Of a stretch of 64,000 nt of DNA, positions 39,022 to 50,219 are shown piece after piece. This DNA is from Gemmatimonadales bacterium (GTDB lineage Bacteria; Gemmatimonadota; Gemmatimonadetes; Gemmatimonadales; GWC2-71-9), in NCBI GenBank assembly GCA_965249575.1, contig OZ252244.1, positions 1,824,001-1,888,000 of the forward strand, written 5' to 3'. Below the pieces are notes generated by a model, which made no database searches, was not told where the DNA came from, and saw only the letters and a program-made list of their open reading frames with translations. Both the position numbers and the translations under genes were made by a program. The first letter of the stretch is position 1, and the number at the start of each line of letters is the position of its first letter.

Positions 39022-40524
39022 CTACTGACGCTTTACCGCGTGGGTCTCTGCCCCCCCCTCGCGCAGGATCAGCCCGGTCACCGACCCCCGACCGTCCATG
39101 ACAAAACCTATCCGCTGCTCCGCCATGGTCAGGAAGAAGTCCGTTTCCGACTCAAGGAACAACGGCGCCTTGTCGAAATCGGGGCTGTTGATGAACAGCC
39201 GGTCTCCCTCGCGATAAACCGAGAACACGACTTCTGAGCCCACCTCGTAATCGCCGACGTACCTATCATAGATCTTGGGATCGACGGCCATGGGCTGGGG
39301 CTTCTCGGAGTAATCCGGCCAATTGTACTCGGCGGCAATGGCGTTGACGATCTCACTCAAGAGACCGCCGCCAGTATCCGAATTGGTCATGACGACCGCG
39401 CCCTGGCCCCGATGCACAAACGCGAGAAACTCGCAACGGAACCCCTCGTTGGCTCCCGAGTGACCAAACCGGATCGCACCGCCGCTGCCGCGCAGGAACA
39501 ATCCGAGCCCCACCGGGCCCCCACGCTGGGGTGTCAACATTTCGATCGTCGTCTTCTGATCGAGAATGGAGTTGGCTCGTCCCGCCGACGCCTTTTGTAA
39601 CTCGATCGCGAAGCGACCGAGATCCGAGGGCGTAGTCCACAAGCCGGCGGCCGCCAGTTCGGGATAGGTGTGGTACCTGCCGTTCAGAGGACGGCCACTG
39701 CTGCGGTGACCGCTAGCGGCGTTCCTGCTCCACCGCTTGGGCAGCGGCTGCTCGTACGTGCTCCGCGACATGTTGAGTGGCTGAAGGACGACGTCGGACA
39801 TCCACCCGGCGAAATCCTGGGTCGTCTTGTCGATGATGAGCTGCTGTAGGATCGTGTAGCCCCCACCGGAGTAGTGGAAGCCCTGACCGTTCAGCGCATC
39901 GACCAGGATCGGCCCGGTATTGGCCGGCTCCGCCCCATCGAGCACCTGAATCAGGTTCGGAATTTTCGATCCTTTCGCATACCCGCTGTAACCCGTTGGG
40001 ATCAGACCGGATGTGTGGCTTAGCATCCCCCTGATGGTAACCTTGTGGTCTGGTATCGATTTGCTCTCGGGCACCTTCCAGGACGTGAGCCAGGAGTTCA
40101 CGTCGGTGTCGAGGTCCAATTCACCGGTCTGTACCGCTGTGAGCGCGGCCGCCGCCGTGACCGGCTTGCTGGCCGAGGCCGCCTGGAACACGGTGTTCAC
40201 GTCAACCGAGTCATTCTTCTCCGCGTCGCGGATTCCGTAGCCCTTGGCCCATTCGATCGTGTTATCGTTGATAACGGCGACGCTGATTCCCGGGACGCCG
40301 TAGTAGGCCATTCGCTCGGCGATGCTGAACGGCCCCATCTCGTTTCCAATCAGGATGATCGGGACGAGGGAGTTCTCGACCTGCCGAATGTGCTCCAGAA
40401 CCTCCGGTGACGGGTCGAACGCAGGGATCAGAGGCTCCGGCTCACCCCTACATGCGACAGCCAAAGCCGTCGTTGCAGCGACCCAAGCAAGAGAAGTTCT
40501 ACGATGACCAACCGAAAAGTGCAT
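39022..40524 (-). CDS. Serine hydrolase (beta-lactamase/AmpC-like) lipoprotein with C-terminal DUF3471-like domain
   Basis: SASK, LSHTSG, YSG and HSG motifs; LAVAC lipobox; YVGDY tail. Confidence 0.88.
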   Translation of the reverse strand: MHFSVGHRRTSLAWVAATTALAVACRGEPEPLIPAFDPSPEVLEHIRQVENSLVPIILIGNEMGPFSIAERMAYYGVPGISVAVINDNTIEWAKGYGIRDAEKNDSVDVNTVFQAASASKPVTAAAALTAVQTGELDLDTDVNSWLTSWKVPESKSIPDHKVTIRGMLSHTSGLIPTGYSGYAKGSKIPNLIQVLDGAEPANTGPILVDALNGQGFHYSGGGYTILQQLIIDKTTQDFAGWMSDVVLQPLNMSRSTYEQPLPKRWSRNAASGHRSSGRPLNGRYHTYPELAAAGLWTTPSDLGRFAIELQKASAGRANSILDQKTTIEMLTPQRGGPVGLGLFLRGSGGAIRFGHSGANEGFRCEFLAFVHRGQGAVVMTNSDTGGGLLSEIVNAIAAEYNWPDYSEKPQPMAVDPKIYDRYVGDYEVGSEVVFSVYREGDRLFINSPDFDKAPLFLESETDFFLTMAEQRIGFVMDGRGSVTGLILREGGAETHAVKRQ

Positions 40525-40608
40525 GTACCCCCCTCTAGGCGTCATCGTACGAAATTGCCCTGACGCCCCACCCGACGCAAGCCGCGTACCACTGGCCCCG
40601 TTTGGAGG

Positions 40609-40935
40609 TCAATCCGACTGTTCGGGCGGCCCCTGGCCGCGCTCGATCAGACGCTCCAGATGCTCCTTTACGTCCTGCAGCGTGAGGCTCCGGAGCATGG
40701 CCTCGGCGGCGCCCGGCGTGCTCCCAAACCTCAGAAAGTCGGTTTCCAAGTGGCCCTCGGGTCGGTCACCCTCGACCGACCACCTCACGTACAGCAGCGC
40801 CCCGCCGTAGTCGCCGCTGACCTCCGGAACGTCCTCAACGTAGATCGCAACGGAGTATGACCGGCCATCGGAACCCGAGAAGGCTGGGGGCCGTGCATGT
40901 GCTTCGAGGTATCCGCCGAGCGTGTCGTCCTTCAA
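40609..40935 (-). CDS. Hypothetical protein
   Basis: ORF directly after fadJ (DTLGGYLEAHARPPAFSGSDG...). Start uncertain (TTG). Confidence 0.65.
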   Translation of the reverse strand: MKDDTLGGYLEAHARPPAFSGSDGRSYSVAIYVEDVPEVSGDYGGALLYVRWSVEGDRPEGHLETDFLRFGSTPGAAEAMLRSLTLQDVKEHLERLIERGQGPPEQSD

Positions 40936-40936
40936 A

Positions 40937-43066
40937 TCAGCCGTCGGCGTAGAACCGCTCGCCGGCCTCCGCCATTTGTACGAGCCTCGCAGCCGGTGCG
41001 AAGCGCTCACCGTACTGTTCCCTCAGCCGTTCGAGGGTATCCACGGCGTTGGCGGCACCGATGTCGTCGAGGTAGCGAAAGGGCCCGCCGCGAAACGGCG
41101 GGTATCCGATGCCGTAGATCGCGCCCAGGTCGGCGTCGCGCGCGCAGCGGACCACCCCTTCACTGAGCGCGTGCACCGCCTCGTTCAGCATCGAGTACAC
41201 CAGTCGGGGCTGGATGTCCGCCTGCCGGACCGAGACACTCGGTTGCGCTTCAACGAGCCCGTAGATGCTCTCCTCGACCGCGCGCCGCTCGCCCCCTTCG
41301 TATCGATAGAAGCCCCGTCCCGCCTTCCGGCCGAGCCGGCCGTCCTCCACCAGTCGGCCGATCCCTCCCATGGGACGCATTCGATCCCCGAACGCCTCAT
41401 GAAGGACGAGCGATGCTTTGTGTGCAACATCGAGACCTACTTCGTCGAGCAGTGTGATTGGGCCGACCGGAAAGCCAAAACGCGTCATTGACTTGTCGAG
41501 CTGCCCCACGCGAACCCCTTCGAGGAGAAGCCACCCCGCCTCGTTGAGGTAGGGCCCCAGGATCCGGTTCACCCAAAACCCCGGCCGGTCTCGCACGACG
41601 ATCACCGTCTTCCCCATCCGTCGACCGAGGGCAACAGCCGTCGCCGTCGCATTCGCCGCGGTCGTTTCCGTCACGATCACCTCGAGGAGCGGCATCTTTT
41701 CCACTGGGGAGAAGAAGTGCATGCCTACGACCCGCTCGGGATGTTCCATAACCGCGGCTATCCGCTCAATCGGTATCGTGCTGGTGTTCGACGCCACGAC
41801 GCACTCGGGCCGCACGTGGGATTCGAGGTCGCGAAAAACCTTTCGTTTGACCTCGAGATCCTCGTAGACCGCCTCTATGACGACATCGGCCCGCGCAAAG
41901 CCTGCCCAATCGACACCACCCGATACCAACCGCTCGAGCCGTTGATATTCATAGCGCGTAATGCGTTTCCGGCTGCGCCGGTTCTTGAGCAACGCACGGG
42001 CGCCTTCGAGTCCTTTGGCCACTCGGTCCAGGTCGGAATCCCGCAGGCGCACATCCACCCGTGCATTGGCCGCAGTTACTCCCGCGATTCCGGCCCCCAT
42101 GAACCCAGCTCCAACGATGGCCACGTTCTGCACGTCGCGGGGCGGCTGCGCCGTCGGTGCAGCTCCGGTGTCCTTCTTGAGCGCCGTGGTCGCGAAAAAA
42201 ATCTGGACCAGTTTTCTGGACACGGCGCCGACGGCGAGATCGGCGAACGACTCCGCCTCGCGATCGAGTCCGGCCTCAATCCCCCGTTTGAGCCCATGGG
42301 CCACCGCTTCGAGCGCGGTGATCGGCGCCGGATAGTGGCCCCGAGTCCGCGCCAGGACCTTGCGCTTGCTCATCGAGAAGAGCACGGCACGTCCCAGTGG
42401 ATTGCTCTCGAGCACCAGCGCCATTCCCCCACGGCCCCGGCGTCTCGGCCGCCATCCATCTGCGAGCCTCCGCGCCGCGCTCATTGCCACGCGGTCAAGA
42501 ATCGAGGGGTGGACCGTCTCGTCGACGATGCCGAGGTGCTTCGCCCGATCCACGCTCACGGTCTTGCCGGTCAGGATCAGCTCGAGTGCCCGCTGCGCGC
42601 CAATCAACCGGGGTAGCCGCTGGCACCCGCCCGCCGCCGGGATGATTCCCAGCTGCACTTCGGGGAGGCCGATCGTGGTCTTAGAGGTGGTAGCCGCCAC
42701 GCGATACGAGCAGGCGAGGGCGACCTCCATTCCACCTCCGAGGCAGGCACCATCGATGGCCGCCACGACCGGCTTCCCCAAGTTCGCGAGTCGATTGACT
42801 AGGTGCTGCCCACCGCGTACCAAGCCCTCGGCCTCAGATCGAGACGCGAGCGCCACGAACTCGTCGATATCAGCCCCCGCAATGAAGCTCCCCGCCTTAC
42901 CGGAGATGAGGACGACCGCGCGGACAGTATCGTCTCGTTCGAGCTCGTTCAGGATCGGATCCAGCTCGTGCCTGACAGCCCTAGTGATCTTGTTGACTGG
43001 TTCGCCCGGCAGGTCCAGGCTCAACCGGACTATGGCGTCCCGCGCGGTCCTCGTGAACGCGCCCAT
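40937..43066 (-). CDS. fadJ: Fatty acid oxidation complex alpha subunit
   Basis: FIAGADI, GGGME, LPEVQLG (hydratase); GAGFMG, EAVYED, SNTS, GMHFFSP (dehydrogenase). Confidence 0.93.
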   Translation of the reverse strand: MGAFTRTARDAIVRLSLDLPGEPVNKITRAVRHELDPILNELERDDTVRAVVLISGKAGSFIAGADIDEFVALASRSEAEGLVRGGQHLVNRLANLGKPVVAAIDGACLGGGMEVALACSYRVAATTSKTTIGLPEVQLGIIPAAGGCQRLPRLIGAQRALELILTGKTVSVDRAKHLGIVDETVHPSILDRVAMSAARRLADGWRPRRRGRGGMALVLESNPLGRAVLFSMSKRKVLARTRGHYPAPITALEAVAHGLKRGIEAGLDREAESFADLAVGAVSRKLVQIFFATTALKKDTGAAPTAQPPRDVQNVAIVGAGFMGAGIAGVTAANARVDVRLRDSDLDRVAKGLEGARALLKNRRSRKRITRYEYQRLERLVSGGVDWAGFARADVVIEAVYEDLEVKRKVFRDLESHVRPECVVASNTSTIPIERIAAVMEHPERVVGMHFFSPVEKMPLLEVIVTETTAANATATAVALGRRMGKTVIVVRDRPGFWVNRILGPYLNEAGWLLLEGVRVGQLDKSMTRFGFPVGPITLLDEVGLDVAHKASLVLHEAFGDRMRPMGGIGRLVEDGRLGRKAGRGFYRYEGGERRAVEESIYGLVEAQPSVSVRQADIQPRLVYSMLNEAVHALSEGVVRCARDADLGAIYGIGYPPFRGGPFRYLDDIGAANAVDTLERLREQYGERFAPAARLVQMAEAGERFYADG

Positions 43067-44358
43067 CAAGCTCGCTCCAAGACCATCGCGAATCCCATCC
43101 CACCCTGCGTGCATACCGAGATCAGGCCGAACTGCACGTCGCGGCGACGCATTTCATTGGCAAGGGTCAGTGTGATGCGTCCGCCGGTGGCGCCAAACGG
43201 GTGCCCAATGGCGATCGACCCCCCCATCACGTTCAGCGTGTCCCGGTCGATCCTTCCAACCGGGCTGGATCGTCCGAGTTTCTCGCGAGCCCACGCTTTG
43301 CTCTCGAACGCCTGGAGGTTCGATAGCACCTGAGCGGCGAACGCCTCGTGCATCTCGACCAATCCGAGCTCCTCCCATGGGATACCGGCGCGGTCGAGAG
43401 CAGCCGGCACAGCGAATGCGGGCCCCATCAACAGCTGCTCGCCGGGATCGAGGGCGGCGACGGCGTAGGACCTGATGAATGCCAAGGGCTCATAGCCGTG
43501 ACCCCGAGCCCTTTCCTCGCTCATCAACAGCACGGCCGACGCACCGTCGGTCAGCGGTGAGGCATTCGCCGCGGTCACCGAGCCGTGGCGCCGATCAAAA
43601 ACAGGCTTGAGCTTTGCCATCTGCTCGAGGCTCGTGTCTTCCCGGATACCGTTGTCACTGGTAACGACACCACCGCCCGGCAAGAAAACCGGAGCGATTT
43701 CCTCGGTGAGACGACCATCTTTCGTCCCCGCGGAGGCCAGCTGGTGGCTGCGGAGCGCGAATGCATCTTGATCTTCGCGCGAAATGCCGTTGAGTTTCGC
43801 CATCTTCTCGGCGGATTGCCCCATCGTTTCGCCGGTCGACGGCTCGGCTATGGCGGGACTGACCGGTATGAAATCCCTTGGGCGGAGCTTTGAGGCAACT
43901 CTTAGCCGCTGGACCGCCGTCCGCGCCTTGCTGAGTCCAACCAGGATGTCCGCAAAACCGCGAGAGTGAAGGATCGGGATGTCCGACAGGCTCTCCGATC
44001 CACCAGCTACGATTACATCGGCGTGCCGAAGCCTGATTTGGTCGTGTGCAGCTACGATGGCCGCATTGGCGGAGGCGCACGCCCGATTGATTGATGCGGC
44101 CGGGATCGAGCGAGGAAATTGCGGTAGGAGACTCACCTCCCGCGCGATGTTGGGCACGAGCACACTCGGCACGACCTGACCGAAATACATCTCGTCGACC
44201 GTGGATCCGTCGAGTTCGAGGCGGTGCACCAGCTCGAGCGCGGCGCGGCGCGCCAGGCTGACTGCGGTCAAATCCTTGAGTTCGGTACCGGCCTTACAAA
44301 ATGGCGTCCGGCACCCTCCTATGACGGCGACTCGTCGGCCGTTTGACGCATCCGGCAT
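43066..44358 (-). CDS. fadI: 3-ketoacyl-CoA thiolase
   Basis: NRACAS, NASPLTDGA, HEAFAAQ, GHPFGATG, CTQGG; 1-bp overlap with fadJ. Confidence 0.93.
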   Translation of the reverse strand: MPDASNGRRVAVIGGCRTPFCKAGTELKDLTAVSLARRAALELVHRLELDGSTVDEMYFGQVVPSVLVPNIAREVSLLPQFPRSIPAASINRACASANAAIVAAHDQIRLRHADVIVAGGSESLSDIPILHSRGFADILVGLSKARTAVQRLRVASKLRPRDFIPVSPAIAEPSTGETMGQSAEKMAKLNGISREDQDAFALRSHQLASAGTKDGRLTEEIAPVFLPGGGVVTSDNGIREDTSLEQMAKLKPVFDRRHGSVTAANASPLTDGASAVLLMSEERARGHGYEPLAFIRSYAVAALDPGEQLLMGPAFAVPAALDRAGIPWEELGLVEMHEAFAAQVLSNLQAFESKAWAREKLGRSSPVGRIDRDTLNVMGGSIAIGHPFGATGGRITLTLANEMRRRDVQFGLISVCTQGGMGFAMVLERA

Positions 44359-44409
44359 GGTGGTCAGACCCCCTAACTGGGGCTGGGTAGGCCCTCTTGT
44401 GCTGGGAAG

Positions 44410-44991
44410 CTATGGTATCGCATCATTCGCTCGGCGTTGCGCGAGGACGCTAGCGACCGCCATCGGGCAGTCGTCGGCCACGTCGTGAGCTTCGCGCTCA
44501 AGCAGAATCTCAAGCGGATCGACGAGCTCGAGTAACTCCCCGTGCTTGAGGAGATGATCATCAGACTTCGGCCCCCAGCCGTATTGGCGCTGCACGTTGA
44601 GAAAGGTCTCGAACAGGAAAAACCCACCGGGCCGGACCGCGCCGAGGATGTCCCCCGTGCGCTGCCTATCGAGGTAATAGAACATCATCACGATATCAAA
44701 AGCGCGCACGGGCAAGGGATAGTTCCTAAGATCGGCTTGTACCCAATCGACTGTCAGTCCGGCCCGGTCGGCCATGGAGCGGGCTCTATCGAGTTTGTCC
44801 GTGTCGACGTCCACGGCGACAACCTGCGCGCCCAGTTCGGCGGCTGCAATCGCGTGCCTCCCGGTCCCGCAAGCAAGGTCCAGCACGCGGTAGCCGGGCT
44901 TGATCACCGCGGTGTGCCAGGCAAACCAGACGCTGGGACGGGGCGGCGGCGGGGGCGGGGGCGCACCCTCTGACGGGCGTGGACTCTCCAT
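44410..44991 (-). CDS. Class I SAM-dependent methyltransferase (TehB-like)
   Basis: VLDLACGTGRHA, VVAVD, RPGG. Confidence 0.85.
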   Translation of the reverse strand: MESPRPSEGAPPPPPPPRPSVWFAWHTAVIKPGYRVLDLACGTGRHAIAAAELGAQVVAVDVDTDKLDRARSMADRAGLTVDWVQADLRNYPLPVRAFDIVMMFYYLDRQRTGDILGAVRPGGFFLFETFLNVQRQYGWGPKSDDHLLKHGELLELVDPLEILLEREAHDVADDCPMAVASVLAQRRANDAIP

Positions 44992-46667
44992 TTTCTCAGG
45001 CGACTCGGGCCACGCACATCGCGGCGATGGCGGAGGGGCCGGTCGACCTGCTCGTGATCGGCGCCGGAATCACCGGGGCGGGCGTCGCGCGCGACGCCTC
45101 GATGCGTGGAATCCGGACGGCGATCGTGGATAAGGACGACTTCGGGTCGGGCACCAGCAGCCGCTCATCACGGCTTATCCACGGCGGGCTCCGATACCTG
45201 GAGCACCACGATTGGCGGCTGGTGTTCGAAGCCAGCCGGGAGCGGCGAGTGCTCCTTGCGATCGCGCCCCACCTCGTTTGGCCCAGATCATTCCTCATCC
45301 CGTCGTATTCGAGGAGCCGGCTCCCCCTGTGGAAACTCGCCGCGGGGCTGTGGCTATACGACCTGCTTGCGCTCTTTCGCAATGTGCGCGCCCACAGAAT
45401 GCTGGGCAAGTCGGGACTCCTGCGCGAAGAACCCGGCCTGCGAGAGCGGGGCCTCAGGGGCGCCGGCCTGTATTACGACGCCCAGTGCGACGACGCACGC
45501 TTGACTCTGGCCAACGTACGGTCCGCCCACCGACACGGCGCGCTGACGGCGAACTACGTTGGGGTTACCCGCTTGGAGATCGCCGACGGCACCGTGCGCG
45601 GCGCGCACGTAATCGACCGCGTGACGGGGTCCGAATTCCTCGTGCGGGCAGCCATACTGGTCAACGCCACTGGCCCCTGGTCTGATGAGGTGCGTGGGGC
45701 GACGACTGACGGGGCGGCACTCAGGCGCACGAAGGGGGTTCACGTTGCAGTTCCAAGGCAGCGGCTTGGGAATCAGCACGCCTTGGCAATCCTGTCCCCG
45801 ATCGACGGGAGGCTGGTGTTCGTGGTTCCGTGGGGAGACCTATCCTACATCGGAACGACAGACACGGACACCGCCGAAAGCGCCGACAGCGTAAGGGTGG
45901 AGGGATCGGACGTGGTCTATCTCCTGCGCTCGGTGAACGCCCTGTTTCCAAACGCGCGGCTCCAGCCCGACGACATCGTGTCCACGTGGGCGGGGGTCCG
46001 GCCTCTTCTCGCCACCGGAGACCCCTGCGATCCCAGCAGCGTATCCCGGGAACACCGCATCATCGAATCCGACAACGGGCTCATAACCATCGCCGGCGGT
46101 AAGCTCACCACCTATCGGGTGATGGCGAGGGACGTCGTCAACCGAGTGCGTGAGCGCCTACGCGCTCTCGATGGGCGGAAACTGCCGCCGGGCACCGACA
46201 CTGCAAGGGAACCACTGCCGGGTGGGGAGGTGCGGGACACTGCGGTGCTCGTCGAGGAGGCCGAGCGCGAGGGGTTCCCCCGAGTCGTAGCGGAGCACCT
46301 GGTAAGAGCATATGGCGCCGAAACCCCCGCCATCACACGACTCGCTCGGTCGGATGTCGCTCTTTCGGAGCACATCGTTCCCGGCCATCCGGCGCTTCGC
46401 GCCGAACTAGTTCACGCAATGCGCCGAGAGATGGCCATGACACTCGGGGACCTCCTCATACGTCGAACCCACGTCTTTTACGAGACCTCGTCGCGGGGAG
46501 CGGAGGAAGCCACTGTCATCGGAGACCTAGCGGCCAGAGAACTGGGATGGAGCGACGACCGGCGGGAGGCGGAGTTGGCGGCCTATCTCAGCGAGATCCA
46601 GCGAACTGAAGCCTTCCAGTCCGAGATGGAAAGCTCGGAAACGTTCGTGCCGAATCAGCGCCCTTGA
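44979..46667 (+). CDS. glpD: FAD-dependent glycerol-3-phosphate dehydrogenase
   Basis: [36 protein letters not shown]. Confidence 0.93.
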   Translation: MDSPFSQATRATHIAAMAEGPVDLLVIGAGITGAGVARDASMRGIRTAIVDKDDFGSGTSSRSSRLIHGGLRYLEHHDWRLVFEASRERRVLLAIAPHLVWPRSFLIPSYSRSRLPLWKLAAGLWLYDLLALFRNVRAHRMLGKSGLLREEPGLRERGLRGAGLYYDAQCDDARLTLANVRSAHRHGALTANYVGVTRLEIADGTVRGAHVIDRVTGSEFLVRAAILVNATGPWSDEVRGATTDGAALRRTKGVHVAVPRQRLGNQHALAILSPIDGRLVFVVPWGDLSYIGTTDTDTAESADSVRVEGSDVVYLLRSVNALFPNARLQPDDIVSTWAGVRPLLATGDPCDPSSVSREHRIIESDNGLITIAGGKLTTYRVMARDVVNRVRERLRALDGRKLPPGTDTAREPLPGGEVRDTAVLVEEAEREGFPRVVAEHLVRAYGAETPAITRLARSDVALSEHIVPGHPALRAELVHAMRREMAMTLGDLLIRRTHVFYETSSRGAEEATVIGDLAARELGWSDDRREAELAAYLSEIQRTEAFQSEMESSETFVPNQRP

Positions 46668-47821
46668 GGATGAGTGGATGCGCCATCGAAGTACTCTTGG
46701 GCTTCGGCGGCCCGTCCGTCACGAAATGCGCGTGAGTCCCGATATGCCTTCACGAGCCGGTCCATCAATTCGTTACGGTGGTCATAGAGGCGCTTGAGGG
46801 GACGCGGCTTTCGCTGCTGAAGAGCATAGGCCGCAAGTAACGGAAACCCGACGGTGGAGTCGAGGTAGCACACGACTGCCGAGGGGAGCTTCATCGGATC
46901 GACCTTCCCCCAACTCACGGCTTCTCCGGGAGTCGCACCCGACAAACCGCCGGTGTCCACCCGAGCGTCGGTGATTTGCAGGTAGTAGTCGTGACCCTTC
47001 TCCTGAATACCGAGAACCTCCTGGATTTGCGGCTCGGTCTGGAGAATGAAGTTCTTGGGACTTCCGCCGCCGATCATCAGGACCCCGCTCTTGCCACGTC
47101 CCGCCTTTGCCCCAAGGACGATAGCGGCCGTCTCGTTGACGTCAGCGGAAACGTCAAATCGTAACAGTTGCCCGTCCAAGGCCTGCTCGGCCACGTTGAG
47201 GCCAATGGACGAATCTCCCGGCGACGAGGTGTAAATGGGAACGCCACAAGCGTGCGCGATTCCGAGAACGGACTTCCGCTCGAGCCCGAGGGCCTGCTCG
47301 CGCTCGTGGAGATACCCACCGAGCAGGTAGTGATACTCGGCCGTCGACATGGTACGCTGAAACTCATCCCGTTCAGACACTTCGCGGAGGTATTGATCGG
47401 TGCTCAACAGCACACGGAAATCGAAGAAGATGTCGTAGATGCGCACTATCCCCTCCGCGTGCAACTGGACGTCATCAGCAAAGGGGGTCCCCTTATGCAT
47501 CGCTAGACCCAACCCGAAGTGCGCGTCGTGATAGAGGTTCGCTCCGGTCGACACGATCCAATCCACGAAGCCGGCCTCAATTAGCGGGACGATTGTGGAC
47601 ATCCCGACCCCGGCGGGCGTCATGGCTCCGGAAATGCTCATGCCCACGGTCGCCTCATCGTCAAGCATGTGCCGGGCGAAAAGTTGGCATGCCTCCCGCA
47701 GCCGACCACCGTTGTATGCCAGGAAGGCGTTGTCGATCAATTCCGATACCGATTCCTCACCAGTGATCGGTTCGGGGTCGATTCGAGGCCCTCGCAGGTG
47801 GCGTTCGGGATTGGCTGGCAT
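46655..47821 (-). CDS. Deoxyhypusine synthase-like protein
   Basis: [41 protein letters not shown] (catalytic Lys). Confidence 0.92.
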   Translation of the reverse strand: MPANPERHLRGPRIDPEPITGEESVSELIDNAFLAYNGGRLREACQLFARHMLDDEATVGMSISGAMTPAGVGMSTIVPLIEAGFVDWIVSTGANLYHDAHFGLGLAMHKGTPFADDVQLHAEGIVRIYDIFFDFRVLLSTDQYLREVSERDEFQRTMSTAEYHYLLGGYLHEREQALGLERKSVLGIAHACGVPIYTSSPGDSSIGLNVAEQALDGQLLRFDVSADVNETAAIVLGAKAGRGKSGVLMIGGGSPKNFILQTEPQIQEVLGIQEKGHDYYLQITDARVDTGGLSGATPGEAVSWGKVDPMKLPSAVVCYLDSTVGFPLLAAYALQQRKPRPLKRLYDHRNELMDRLVKAYRDSRAFRDGRAAEAQEYFDGASTHPQGR

Positions 47822-47834
47822 GCTGCCGTCCTTT

Positions 47835-48560
47835 CTATCGACTGGCGGCCCCAGCGTCAAAACGCCGCCGTGATTCGAGTATGAGTTCCACCGCCTCGCG
47901 GGGGTCGTCCGTAACGTGGGACGGGCGCAGGTCCGCACCGGTGATGTTCCGGGCGCCCGCGACTACCTCGGTGAGCCACGCGACAAGACCGTTCCAGTAG
48001 CGTTCCCCCATCAGCACAACCGGGAAGTCGCTGATCTTTCCAGTCTGAATCAGCGTCAGCGCCTCGAAGAGCTCGTCGAGGCTGCCGTATCGTCCAGGGA
48101 AAGCTACGAACGCACTTGCATACTTAACGAACATCGTCTTTCGAACGAAGAAGTACCTGAAGTTGATCGACCGGTCGAGATAGGAGTTCGGCGTCTGTTC
48201 GTGGGGAAGCTCGATGTTCAGCCCGATCGAGGGACTACCGGCTCGACGGGCGCCTGAATTGGCTGCCTCCATGATTCCCAGGCCCGCTCCGGTAAGCACG
48301 GTGAAACCGGCCTTGCCAAGAAGTCCGGCGGTCAGGACCGCGAGCTCATACCACCCGTCCCCAGGGTGCGGGCGGGCGGAGCCGAAGATCGCGACCGCTC
48401 GTTCGACATCGGACAGCGCACTGAAGCCCTCACTGAACTCCTCAGTGATGCGTGACACCCGCCACGCGTCCGGGCGGGCGGACGCGCGTCGTTCGGGCGG
48501 TGGGTGGGCCTCGAAAAGGCACTCATCCTCGGTACTCGAGCGGCTGGACGGATGCTCCAA
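47835..48560 (-). CDS. LOG-family (TIGR00730) Rossmann-fold nucleotide phosphoribohydrolase
   Basis: [34 protein letters not shown]. Confidence 0.88.
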   Translation of the reverse strand: MEHPSSRSSTEDECLFEAHPPPERRASARPDAWRVSRITEEFSEGFSALSDVERAVAIFGSARPHPGDGWYELAVLTAGLLGKAGFTVLTGAGLGIMEAANSGARRAGSPSIGLNIELPHEQTPNSYLDRSINFRYFFVRKTMFVKYASAFVAFPGRYGSLDELFEALTLIQTGKISDFPVVLMGERYWNGLVAWLTEVVAGARNITGADLRPSHVTDDPREAVELILESRRRFDAGAASR

Positions 48561-48561
48561 C

Positions 48562-49728
48562 TCAGACCTCGAGGGCTTCGATGGCGGCGGCGTTGTCTTC
48601 CGTGACGTTGTAAAAGAACGGTGACATCCGCACGTGCCCTGGTCGGGCGTCGGTAATGATGCCGCGGGCCGCGAGGCGAGCGACCGCGGCGCTCGGGTCG
48701 GGCGCGGGGATCATGACGATGGCCGATCGGGTGTCGGCCTCTGGAGCGACTTTGGGTACGTATCCGGCATCCCGCGCCCGGGCGATCAGATCCTCGGTCA
48801 GGCTCTGGACGACGGGGCGGATGCGGTCCACCCCGATCTCGTCGATGATATCGAGTCCTCCGAGCTGCGAGTACACGGCCGCCAGCGGCGGCGTACCCTG
48901 CTCAAAGCGGCGGGCGTCGGCGTGCCAGTCGATGTGCCTGGGATCGAACTCGAATTGCCGCTCGTGCGCGAACCAGCCGGTGACCGTGGGGACGTATTGA
49001 CGGATGATCTCGTCCCGAACATAAAGAAAAACGATGCCGGTCCCCCCAAGGAGCCATTTGAGGCCGCCGGCTGTCAGGAAATCGACTCCAGTGGCTGGTG
49101 CGTCGACCGGCACCTGCCCTACGCTCTGGTAGGCATCGACGAAGCAGAGAGCACCCTTGGCATGAGCGGCGTCAGCAATCGCACCAATGTCCTGAATCGC
49201 GCCGCTCGTAAAGAAGACGTGGGACGTCGCGACCAAAGCGGTGCGCTCGTCGATGGCATCGGCGATGGCGTCCACCGGCACCGAGATCCCATCCGGGCTC
49301 TCGACGATCTCGATCTCGACACCCGACCGGGCCTTCGCGAGCCACTGATAGGCAACAGTTGGAAAATCGAGGGACGTCGTAACGACCTTTGGTCGCTTGG
49401 TGTAATCCAAGACACTGGCTAGCACGCCCGTCGCCGTAGACACGGAGGCATGAAGGGCGATCTGCTCGGTTCGGGCACAAACGACGCCCGCGTACCTCTC
49501 GCGAAGGTCACCGAGGACTCCCGCCCACGTGTCGTACCAGGCTGCGGCGCCACGGCGGTCCCATTCGTCCAAGAACTCACCGAGGCGGATCCGCGAGCGG
49601 CGGGACAACGCTCCCAATGAGCAGGAGTTGAGATACACCGAGCGTTCGAAGATCGGAAACTCAGACCGGTAAATCGAGAGGGAATGCTCCCGCGTGCTGT
49701 TCGTCGTGGGACTGGGATGGCTGTTCAT
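48562..49728 (-). CDS. PLP-dependent aminotransferase class V (kynureninase-like)
   Basis: YLNSCSLG, DAYQSVG, GGLKWLLGG, FEQGT, RMSPFFYN. Confidence 0.88.
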   Translation of the reverse strand: MNSHPSPTTNSTREHSLSIYRSEFPIFERSVYLNSCSLGALSRRSRIRLGEFLDEWDRRGAAAWYDTWAGVLGDLRERYAGVVCARTEQIALHASVSTATGVLASVLDYTKRPKVVTTSLDFPTVAYQWLAKARSGVEIEIVESPDGISVPVDAIADAIDERTALVATSHVFFTSGAIQDIGAIADAAHAKGALCFVDAYQSVGQVPVDAPATGVDFLTAGGLKWLLGGTGIVFLYVRDEIIRQYVPTVTGWFAHERQFEFDPRHIDWHADARRFEQGTPPLAAVYSQLGGLDIIDEIGVDRIRPVVQSLTEDLIARARDAGYVPKVAPEADTRSAIVMIPAPDPSAAVARLAARGIITDARPGHVRMSPFFYNVTEDNAAAIEALEV

Positions 49729-49871
49729 CGAAGGAGCTGCCTCCGGGTTGGTCACGCAGGTGCAAGCAACGGCCGCGTGTTGCCCGCGTCGGTCACCGCG
49801 ACCCAATATACAAGTGGTGAGAGAGCGGAGTCAGGGAAGGACCGGGGCACCGAGAATGGATTCGGGAGGGA

Positions 49872-50219
49872 GTGACGATGCCGGCTAGTGCCTCAACAGA
49901 CAGTAATGCAGCGCATGGGGAGCCGTCGAACGGCGTAAGGGAGAGCAGTCCGCCACCGGCTCTTCGCTCTTGGGGCGGGCTTGTGGCCCGACTCGCACGC
50001 GGGGCGCTACTCAGACCCACCGTACTGCTGGATCTGATTGCGCTTGCGTGGGCCTTTCGGGCGTGGGCGTGGTATCGGAAGGCGCCGTTCTTGCCGGTGC
50101 CCCCGCCGGAGTACATACGCTGGAGGATGATGACGGCGTACGGCGACGAGGACGCCATTCCACCGGTTGAAGACGTGCTTCGGTTTGCCCGCTGGCGGCG
50201 GGATCTGCTCCGCTCATGA
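49872..50219 (+). CDS. Hypothetical protein
   Basis: WYRKAPFLPVPPPEYIRWRMMTAYGD; 4-bp overlap with queG. Confidence 0.65.
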   Translation: MTMPASASTDSNAAHGEPSNGVRESSPPPALRSWGGLVARLARGALLRPTVLLDLIALAWAFRAWAWYRKAPFLPVPPPEYIRWRMMTAYGDEDAIPPVEDVLRFARWRRDLLRS

